64,000 bases of DNA from positions 42,910 to 106,909 of the forward strand of contig CBDAQI010000012.1 in assembly GCA_965198945.1 (NCBI GenBank), read 5' to 3'. Below, one piece after another: positions 56,745 through 64,000 of the stretch. The first letter of the stretch is position 1. Every line of letters begins with the position of its first letter. This DNA comes from Thermodesulfobacteriota bacterium (GTDB lineage Bacteria; Desulfobacterota_D; UBA1144; Nemesobacterales; Mycalebacteriaceae). A program made the position numbers and the translations under genes. The notes below the pieces were generated by a model. It did not search any database, was not told the origin of the DNA, and saw nothing but the letters and a program-made list of their open reading frames with translations.

Positions 56745-59700
56745 CTAAATTGTGTTTGTAAGGCTAAAACCTAAAGAGTTAATGGACTCTTTTTGCAATT
56801 TGTATTTAGTCATTAGGATGGAAATTGTCCTGCTTAGTTTTTCTTCATTATTATCGAGCGTGGCGGCGGAGTGAAGTCTTAGCCATAGTATTTCTCCTTC
56901 TCTTTGGAATTTTTGCACTCTGTAAAATCTTCTTTCTCCTTTTTCTTCTACACTTACCGTATCATTTATGCACAAGCTCATAATAAATTTCCAGTCTTCT
57001 CCATGGTCAGTTTTAACAATCGGTTCTCTTGTAATTCTTACTTTTTTTTGCGGCTTCCATTGTGGTTACAAAAACACCTTTGGATCTGTTTGTTTTTTTA
57101 TTCTTGATTATTTCTACATGGTGGCTGTTTCCATAAATCATTACACTTAATATTTTGTTACTGTTTTTCTTGGGTTTAAGCCAGTAATTTTTTTCACTAA
57201 ACTCATTAGTTACCCAAACTTTTGCCCGTCTGACAATATCTCCGGTTTTTGGATGCTTAAAAGCTTCTTCTTGCAGTTTTTTTTGAGCGCTTTTTAAGCC
57301 TCCTCTCATATTTACATATTGTTCAAATCCTTCTCTGATTGCCGGACATACTATATTTCTCAAATTTTTGTCCGTCATACCAGTCAGATTTTTGCTAACG
57401 ACGATTCTCTTTTTACCATTGTCTTCTTTTATTCCATATGCGGTATCTTCATGGAATGCTCCCGTCAGTTTTCTATTTGTCGCGTGAGAGACAATCATTT
57501 TATTTGTCGCGCTTTCCAACTCATTCCTAAGGTTTTCAAGCACCTGCGGTATTTCCAATCCCGATTCTGGAGATATGGAATCATCATCCGCTTTTGAAGC
57601 GAGATGTACCACCTTTTGATATAGGCTTCTGTTTGTAAGGGCAATGACCGTTGCGTCAATCGCGTGATGCCTATGGTCGTTACGGTTTTTCTCTCCCGTA
57701 TCTCCAAGGATGTTGTTCAGTCCCCATTGTCTTCGGAGCCAGCTTGTTATTCCGCCTTTGGTGAAAGTTACATCACAGCCGAGTGTTCTAATGTAATTTC
57801 CCGTTTCTTTTGCGATATAGCGGGCGTCTGATAACTGGCTGTTGATGAAATCTTCAATTCCATCCAACTTTTTTGTCAGAATTTTTCTGCGTTTTGCTTC
57901 GGGATAATTCTTGAGTTTTGCTATGGCTTCAATATTTTCCCATTGCTCTGTATTACCAAATGCTTCCCATGGTGTTCTGTTGCCTTTCTTCCTATTTTCC
58001 TCCGCAAGACAGACCGTCTTGTTCATATAGTAATTATCAAGACTCCTGCTGTATGGGAGTATGTGGTCTATTTCAACATCAGCAGACCAGAGTTGTGTCA
58101 GTCCTATAGGTTTCCCACTGTATAAACATTTACCTTCATTTTCTTTCCAGAGTCTGTATTTCTGTTTGTCCTGATGGCTTATGTATGTTTTCAACTGCAG
58201 GCCGGGTTCCTGCTCTTTTATGCTGTTGTATTTTTCTTCCGCTTCTTCATTTTCTTCTGTGTTTTTCTTTTGTCTTTCCAGTGCTTTTCTGTATTTCTCC
58301 GTATTCATTTCCAAATCACGAGACATTTCTATTCGTATCGCGGTTGGTTTTCCATATTCTTTGATAATTGCATTTACGACACGGCGAACTTCATATAACG
58401 CCTTTGTAACAATGGGGTTTGGTATAAAGGGAATTTCTCCAAGAGTTTCTTTGTTTCCGGTTTCCGGCGTTGTAATATCTTCGTAACCGGCAATTTGAAC
58501 CGCTCCTTTTTCTTCTTCTATGTCACTTTCTCGGCTGTAAACCCTGCCTTGCTTAAGGTGAGGCAGAATTTTGTTTATTGCTTTCAGGGACAGATTTCCG
58601 TGTCCCTTTTCCAATTCAAGAACCGCAAGTTTTGTTGCTTTTTCCGAGTCAATATCCGGGTAGTTTTGAAGACGTTTTTTCAGTCCCTTTTTGGATTCGT
58701 ATGAAATCAGATCTTCCACAAGCTGTTTTTGTTTTTTCTCATCAAAGGAGTCCCACAAGTCTCCAATTATTTCTCTGATTCCACAGGCGGTTTTGTTTCC
58801 CTGAATGCCTTTTCTGCTTTTTCCTTCAACTTTGTACAAATTGAACTTTGTTTTCTTATTCAGGTTGAGGATTTCTTTTCCTCTGATCTTTGCCCATGTC
58901 AGATTTCTGTTTTTTTTCAAGTGCTTCGGCAATCAGTTTTTTCTGATCTGGCGAGGGTTTTGCATCTTTTTCTCCCGTTTCAGTGTCATCCCAACTTAAA
59001 TTGTTTATGTCCTGCCAGTAACGGAATTGCTGAAACTCAAGTCGTCCCATATCTACTCTTCTCTTTTTTGGTTCAAGAGAGCAGTTTCCTATGGTTTTCT
59101 TGTCCCAGGTTACGGGACGTTGGTGAAAGATAATTTTCTCAATTGCGCTTCTTACATCTTCAGTGTAAATCTTCGGGTTTAGTTCGGACTGTTTACGGAA
59201 GATTTTTTCAAACTCTTCCTGATACATTCTGCGGTCTGTTCTGAGGTCATGAAGTTCTCCTCTGTTGCGTTTTCGGGGCAGGGTTGCAAGATACTCACCG
59301 AGAGTCCTTTTCCCATTTTCGCTTATCTTCTCTCGGAGCTTTTTAATATCTTCTTTGAATTTGCCTTCATCTTTGTCGGTTTCCGCGGCTTCGTCTTCAA
59401 TTTCAAGGATTTCCCGCGCTTCCAAATCTTCACGCAAGTTTCCAAATCCCGTTTTGCGGTTGCTTAAAAATCCCCGTCGTGTTCCCAGATGCATTATTGC
59501 GCGTCCAAACTCATGTGGGGTCAAAATATCATCTAATCCTTTCGCTCTTATCTGATATGGATCTCCAAGCTTATTAAATTCCGATTCCAGGTTTGGCTCG
59601 TCTTTGAGCGTCTCCGGCAGAAATCCCCTGCTTATAAGGTAGTTGCGAAGACGCAATTTACGTCTGTGCCGCCGTTCAATGACACGCCTTAAAAGACGTT

Positions 59701-59884
59701 TTGCTCTGCGGTGTTGGTTTTTCGGAGTGGGTGTTTTGTCTTCAACGGAGCGTATGAATATACGGCTTCCACAATCAATAAAATTTTTCGGTTTGCCTTG
59801 TTCTTCCTCAATGACGCTCCAGCCGATTGAGTTTGTGCCCATATCAAGACCAATTGCATATTCAGATAGTTTTGTCTTTTTCAT
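56745..59884 (-). CDS. cas9: Cas9 (compact, type II-C-like, about 1046 aa). Its reading frame is split into three ORFs by two single-base frameshifts in A8/T8 homopolymers, at about 58910-58917 and 57042-57049.
   Basis: N-terminal RuvC-I motif YAIGLDMGTNSIGWSVIEE in ORF 58856..59884. HNH motif (DHILPYSRSLDNYYMNKTVCLAEENRKKGNRTPWEAF) and RuvC-III in ORF 57013..58932. The C-terminal PI-like tail is ORF 56745..56981 (...LWLRLHSAATLDNNEEKL...). Removing one A from each A8 run joins the three frames seamlessly. Confidence 0.9.
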
Positions 59885-59934
59885 TTTCTCATCCCTTGAC
59901 AGAATTTTTTCTGTAGTATAGTAATATTAGTATA

Positions 59935-60053
59935 TTATAATTGACTGAAACCTGTCCAAGCATTTTTTCTATTCATAACAAGAAACTAATGTTTCGCAGG
60001 ATAACCAGGGTAAACCTAATCGCCTCTCGCCTTAGGGCAGGGGCGATTTTTTT
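59935..60053 (+). ncRNA. Putative tracrRNA, encoded divergently from cas9
   Basis: An anti-repeat at 59943-59985 (TGACTGAAACCTGTCC...ATTCATAACAAG) is complementary to the 5' half of the CRISPR repeat, with a central bulge. A TATAAT at 59936-59941 overlaps its start. A downstream hairpin TCGCC-N10-GGCGA plus a T7 run (60047-60053) looks like an intrinsic terminator. Confidence 0.7.
60021..60053 (+). terminator. Rho-independent terminator of the putative tracrRNA
   Basis: GC-rich hairpin (ctcgcc ttagggcagg ggcga) followed by ttttttt. Confidence 0.6.
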
Positions 60054-60093
60054 ATCTTCTTTCAAGTATGTAAACTCACTTCCGTAGCAAAAA

Positions 60094-61527
60094 ATGAAAA
60101 TCCCTCTCCAATTTCAATCCGATTTCCCCCCTGCGGGCGAGCTTGAAGTCACAACCCCTTTTAACGGTCAAGTTATCGCAACTGTGGAAACGGCCGGGGA
60201 AAAACATCTGGACGGTCTTTTTGAAACCGCAAAAAAACTTTATGAAAACCGTGAGGGCTGGCTTACCGTTCACCAAAGGGCGCAAATTCTGGAACGGGCT
60301 TCTTCAATAATCACCGAACGCATGGACGATTTGATAATTCAGGCGGCGCGTGAGGGTGGAAAACCCTATAACGATTCAAAAGTGGAAATTTACAGAGCGG
60401 CGGACAGCGCAAAAATCGCCGCGGAAACAATTCGCACCGAAGCGGGAAATGTTATTCCGATGGGCGGTGATCTTTACAGCGCGAACAGAGCGGCTTTTAC
60501 ACAAAAAGAGCCGATTGGGGTTGTCGTTGCGGTCAGCGCTTTTAATCATCCGCTTAACCTTATAGTTCATCAGGCGGGCGCCGCAATTGCCGCCGGATGT
60601 CCGGTTATCATCAAGCCCGCGAGTGAAACGCCGCTTTCATGCATATCCTTCAAAAACATACTCGTTGAAGCGGGGCTGCCGCCCGACTGGTGTCAGGTTG
60701 TTGTTACCGATTCAAACGAAACGGCTCAACTGCTCGCAACCGACAGGAGGACGGCGTTTTTCAGTTTTATAGGAAGCTCGCGGGTCGGCTGGATGCTGCG
60801 CTCCAAACTCGCTCCGGGAACACGCTGCGCCCTTGAACACGGCGGAGTGGCGCCGGCGCTTGTGTATGAAGACTCGGATATTGAACGCACCGCGTCTCTG
60901 CTTGCCAAAGGAGGCTTCTATCACGCGGGGCAGGTTTGCGTTTCCACCCAGCGCGTCTATGTGCAAAAAAATATCGCACCGAACTTTCTCTCATTTTTCC
61001 GCAGCGAAGCGGAAAGTCTTAAAGTCGGAGACCCCGCGCTTGAATCAACTCAAGTGGGGCCGCTTATCCGCCCGTCGGAAGTCAGGCGCGTTCACGAGTG
61101 GGTTTGTGAGGCCGTCAGCGAGGGAGCTGAACTTGTCTGCGGCGGAAACATTCTGTTTGACAGATGTTACGAACCGACCATTTTGCTCAACCCTCCGGAT
61201 GCCGTTCGCGCCAGCCGTGAGGAAATTTTCGGTCCCGTGGTCTGCGTTTATGAGGTTGACGACATGGAAGATGCGATTGCGCGCGCGAACGGTCTTGGCA
61301 TGGCGTTTCAATCTTCGGTTTTTACAAAAAATCTTGACACCGCTCTTGCCGCCGTGAAAAAATTGAGCGCTTCAGGCGTTATGGTGAATGATCACACCGC
61401 GTTCCGCATAGACGGAATGCCCTTCGGAGGGCTGAAGCAGTCCGGCCTCGGAACCGGCGGCATTCCGCACACAATCAGAGATATGAGCATGGAGAAAATG
61501 GTTGTTTTCCGCTCAGACGCGATTTAG
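60094..61527 (+). CDS. NAD(P)-dependent aldehyde dehydrogenase family protein
   Basis: 477 aa with the ALDH family pattern (catalytic region ...EHGGVAPALV..., GQVCVSTQRVYV with the catalytic Cys, and a glycine motif). Confidence 0.85.
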   Translation: MKIPLQFQSDFPPAGELEVTTPFNGQVIATVETAGEKHLDGLFETAKKLYENREGWLTVHQRAQILERASSIITERMDDLIIQAAREGGKPYNDSKVEIYRAADSAKIAAETIRTEAGNVIPMGGDLYSANRAAFTQKEPIGVVVAVSAFNHPLNLIVHQAGAAIAAGCPVIIKPASETPLSCISFKNILVEAGLPPDWCQVVVTDSNETAQLLATDRRTAFFSFIGSSRVGWMLRSKLAPGTRCALEHGGVAPALVYEDSDIERTASLLAKGGFYHAGQVCVSTQRVYVQKNIAPNFLSFFRSEAESLKVGDPALESTQVGPLIRPSEVRRVHEWVCEAVSEGAELVCGGNILFDRCYEPTILLNPPDAVRASREEIFGPVVCVYEVDDMEDAIARANGLGMAFQSSVFTKNLDTALAAVKKLSASGVMVNDHTAFRIDGMPFGGLKQSGLGTGGIPHTIRDMSMEKMVVFRSDAI

Positions 61528-61537
61528 TTTTTCCGTT

Positions 61538-62325
61538 TTACAAGTTTCCGCCGCAAACCTTTTCCGCATATCGCTCGGCGGCCTCGGCGATTTCCGGAAG
61601 CGGTTTGTTCAGTGAAATTCTCACCAGTTCCGCGCAGGCGGACTTCAAGTCTCCGGTTCTCACTTGAGCGTCCGCCAGATTCAGCCGGGCTTCATTGTAT
61701 CCCGGAGCGAGTTCCAGAGCCGATTTGAACTGTTTTACGGCTCTTTTTCCCTTGAAAGTTTTACAAGCAGTTTCCCGTATTCGTTTCTGGAATAAATATT
61801 TGACGGCTCAAGTCTGATTGATTGTTTGAAAAAGCGCTCGGCGGAAACCGGATCACCTTTCATTTCATACCCTCTTGCAACGTTGACAAGCGCAGCGTAA
61901 CGAAGAGGATAGCCGATGTCTTGTGTTACAATCAGGCATTGCTCAATTGCTTCATCAAATTTGCCCGTTTTAATATACAAACCGCAAAGGTTGTATCGGG
62001 CTTTTGCATAGTCGTTTTTAATCTCAAGAGCTTTTTTGTAGCTCATTTCCGCGGCGGCAAATTCCCGCAGACCGAAATACGCTATCCCCTTTATCAAATA
62101 CAGTTCGGGATCGTCTTCGTTTTGGACTTCAGCTTTTTTCATTTCTGTTATGGCCCCCGTAAAATCCCCTCCCCGCACATATGAAGCGGCGAGATTTTTA
62201 CGGTTGCGCAGAGTCATGGGAGCGTTTTTTTGCGGCTCCTCCGCAGGAACAAAAAAGCAGCGGAAGGGCGAGAAGCGCTGAAAAAAAGCCGAACTGTTTT
62301 TTCCCATTAAAACGCATTGCCGCAA
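61538..62325 (-). CDS. Tetratricopeptide-repeat protein. The frame is broken by a 1-nt frameshift near 61755-61765 (GGGAAAAA tract).
   Basis: ORF 61735..62325 carries several TPR units. The 3' continuation in the adjacent frame (…AVKQFKSALELAPGYNEARLNLADAQVRTGDLKSACAEL…) is clearly TPR-like and runs to a TAA at 61538. Confidence 0.7.
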
Positions 62326-62331
62326 GCGGGG

Positions 62332-63234
62332 TTATATTTGAGACATCCTGAAAAAGTCGCCCAGACGGCTTTCAAATTGGTCTTTTTTCAGGTTTTTTAT
62401 GCTTTCAGTTCCGAGTTTTTCCACCGTGAAAGAAGCAAGCACTGAGCCGTGAATAACGGCTCTTTTCAGATTTTCATGACCGTTATGTCCGTTTTCACTC
62501 AAATATCCCATAAACCCGCCCGCAAAAGTGTCTCCGGCTCCGGTCGGGTCAACCGCCCGCTCCACCGGATATGCGGGTGAGCAGAACATTCCTTTGTCAG
62601 AGACCATCATGCAGCCGAATTCCCCTCTTTTGATTATGACAATTTGCGGCCCCATTTTCCTTATCGCGCGCGCCGCCGCAATCGTGGAAGACTCTCCGCT
62701 CAGAGACAGCGCTTCGGAATTATTTATTATCAGTATGTTGACCATTTTCAGAGTTTTTTTAAGGTCCGGCAGGCTGTTGTCTATCCAGAAGTTCATCGTG
62801 TCACAAGCGACAATGCGCGGTGATTTCATCTGTTTGATAATTTCCATCTGTATTACCGGGTCCATGTTTGCAAGAAACACGGACTCCGCATTTCTGAGAC
62901 GTTCAGACAGATTCGGTCTGAAGTTTTCAAACACATTGAGATTGACGGAAAGCGTCTCCGGATCAGGTATGTTTCCGGAGTATCTGCCTTTCCAGCGGAA
63001 AGTTTTTCCGTCCGCGGTTTCAAGGCCCCGTGTGTCAACTCCGGCTTTCCTGAGAAGGTCTGAGTGCGGAGCCGGAAAGTCTTTTCCTATCACCGCCGAG
63101 ATGCTCACTTTTGTGAACAGAGACGCGCCGAGGCATGAATACACCGCGGAGCCGCCGAGGACTTCCTCGCCTCTGTCAAGCGGTGTTTCTATGGAGTCAA
63201 TCGCCACCGTTCCCACTATCAAAAGTTTGCTCAT
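62332..63234 (-). CDS. PfkB-family carbohydrate/nucleoside kinase
   Basis: 300 aa with a ribokinase-like fold and the DPTGAGDTFAGGFMGYL anion-hole/catalytic motif. Confidence 0.8.
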   Translation of the reverse strand: MSKLLIVGTVAIDSIETPLDRGEEVLGGSAVYSCLGASLFTKVSISAVIGKDFPAPHSDLLRKAGVDTRGLETADGKTFRWKGRYSGNIPDPETLSVNLNVFENFRPNLSERLRNAESVFLANMDPVIQMEIIKQMKSPRIVACDTMNFWIDNSLPDLKKTLKMVNILIINNSEALSLSGESSTIAAARAIRKMGPQIVIIKRGEFGCMMVSDKGMFCSPAYPVERAVDPTGAGDTFAGGFMGYLSENGHNGHENLKRAVIHGSVLASFTVEKLGTESIKNLKKDQFESRLGDFFRMSQI

Positions 63235-64000
63235 TTGGTAAACCTCTCTATTATTATTCCGAGCCTTTTTTTCGCATCGTCACTGATGGCTTCGGGCGGA
63301 GTGATAATTGCGTTTTCAAGAGCGCAGTCACAGGCGCAGTCTCTTGTTTTTCCGAGCTTTTCCAGAGTTTTTTTGATGATTTTTTTTGCGGTTTCAACAT
63401 TGCTTGAGAGAATCTCTATCACATCTTCCACGGTTACCGCATCGTGCCCCTCCCGCCAGCAGTCATAGTCGGTCGCCATTGCGAGGGTTGCGTAGCACAT
63501 CTCGGCCTCTCTTGCGAGTTTTGCTTCGGGCATGTTTGTCATGCCTATTATGTCAACTTCCCAGTTTTTGTAGAGAATGCTTTCAGCGCGTGATGAAAAC
63601 TGCGGGCCTTCAATGCAGATGTATGTTCCACCTTCGTGTGTTGCCGCTCCGGCGCCGGACGCGGCTCCGAGAAGCTCCGCCGCAAGTTCCCCGCAAACCG
63701 GCTCCGCCATTGATATATGAGCCGCGACTCCGTTTCCGAAAAATGAGTTTTCTCTTTTTTTTGTATGGTCTATGAACTGTGACGGGACGACAACATCTCC
63801 CGGTCTGATGTGCTCTCTCATGCTTCCCACGGCGCTGACGGAGATTATTCTCTCCACTCCCAGACTTTTCAGCGCATAAATGTTTGCCCTGTAGTTTATT
63901 TCGGATGGAAGAACCGTGTGGCTGAGTCCGTGACGGGGAAGAAACGCCACATTTGCGTCTCCGACCGTCCCGGTCATTATGGGAGCCGAGGGTTTCCCCC
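63231..64000 (-). CDS. mtnP: S-methyl-5'-thioadenosine phosphorylase / purine nucleoside phosphorylase family protein. The 5' end lies beyond the window.
   Basis: ...SAPIMTGTVGDANVAFLPRHG...PSEINYRANIYALKSLGVERIISVSAVGS matches the MTAP/PNP-I family. It continues upstream of the ORF's first Met to the window edge. Confidence 0.8.
   Translation of the reverse strand, partial: GKPSAPIMTGTVGDANVAFLPRHGLSHTVLPSEINYRANIYALKSLGVERIISVSAVGSMREHIRPGDVVVPSQFIDHTKKRENSFFGNGVAAHISMAEPVCGELAAELLGAASGAGAATHEGGTYICIEGPQFSSRAESILYKNWEVDIIGMTNMPEAKLAREAEMCYATLAMATDYDCWREGHDAVTVEDVIEILSSNVETAKKIIKKTLEKLGKTRDCACDCALENAIITPPEAISDDAKKRLGIIIERFTK

Noticed and set aside
56745-56981. A stand-alone 78-aa gene between cas9 and cas1 (a possible small accessory or anti-CRISPR-like protein)
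   Set aside because: Its frame is reached from the cas9 C-terminus by removing one A from the A8 run at 57042-57049. The preceding residues in that frame (…EPIVKTDHGEDWKF) and the tail resemble the Cas9 PAM-interacting domain. It is treated as the Cas9 C-terminus.
62528-63241. 237-aa ORF on the + strand
   Set aside because: Antisense to the PfkB kinase gene, with no recognisable motifs.

Overview
This window is most likely a bacterial chromosomal segment, roughly 50% GC, densely coding and dominated by conserved housekeeping operons. In order these are xerC/D-hslV-hslU; argB-argD-argF; dcd; pheS; yajC-secD-secF; dapB; yicC; sucD; a heterodimeric ABC exporter pair; tauE; rpiA-pgi-tkt; folM-folB; pepF; a cytochrome c maturation block (ccmD?-ccmE-ccmF plus a cytochrome c gene); cobA/hemD; a His-rich CpxP/ZraP-like gene; uvrB; rimP-nusA-infB-rbfA-nrnA-truB-rpsO-pnp; miaA; ccmH; and a small polysaccharide cluster (asnB-like, Wzx flippase, GT2, GT4). 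The clearest accessory element is a complete minimal type II-C-like CRISPR-Cas locus at about 55.1-60.05 kb. It has a 36-bp-repeat array in which a two-spacer unit is duplicated, cas2 and cas1, a roughly 1046-aa cas9 that is split into three ORFs by two A8 homopolymer frameshifts, and a divergently encoded tracrRNA whose anti-repeat and terminator I could locate. Each CRISPR repeat carries a -35/-10-like pair (TTGAGG, 16 nt, TACAAT), which suggests repeat-embedded promoters. A second candidate is a low-GC two-gene island (22.3-24.7 kb: a 4-TM coiled-coil protein plus a secreted protein) inserted between tkt and folM; I could not place it in any family I recognise. At least five genes (xerC/D, uvrB, cas9 twice, a TPR gene) are interrupted by single-base frameshifts in homopolymers, and rpiA carries a 13-nt G/C tract. 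That pattern points to homopolymer sequencing errors rather than true pseudogenes, but it needs read-level confirmation. All calls rest on reading the translations against motifs I remember; no searches were run.
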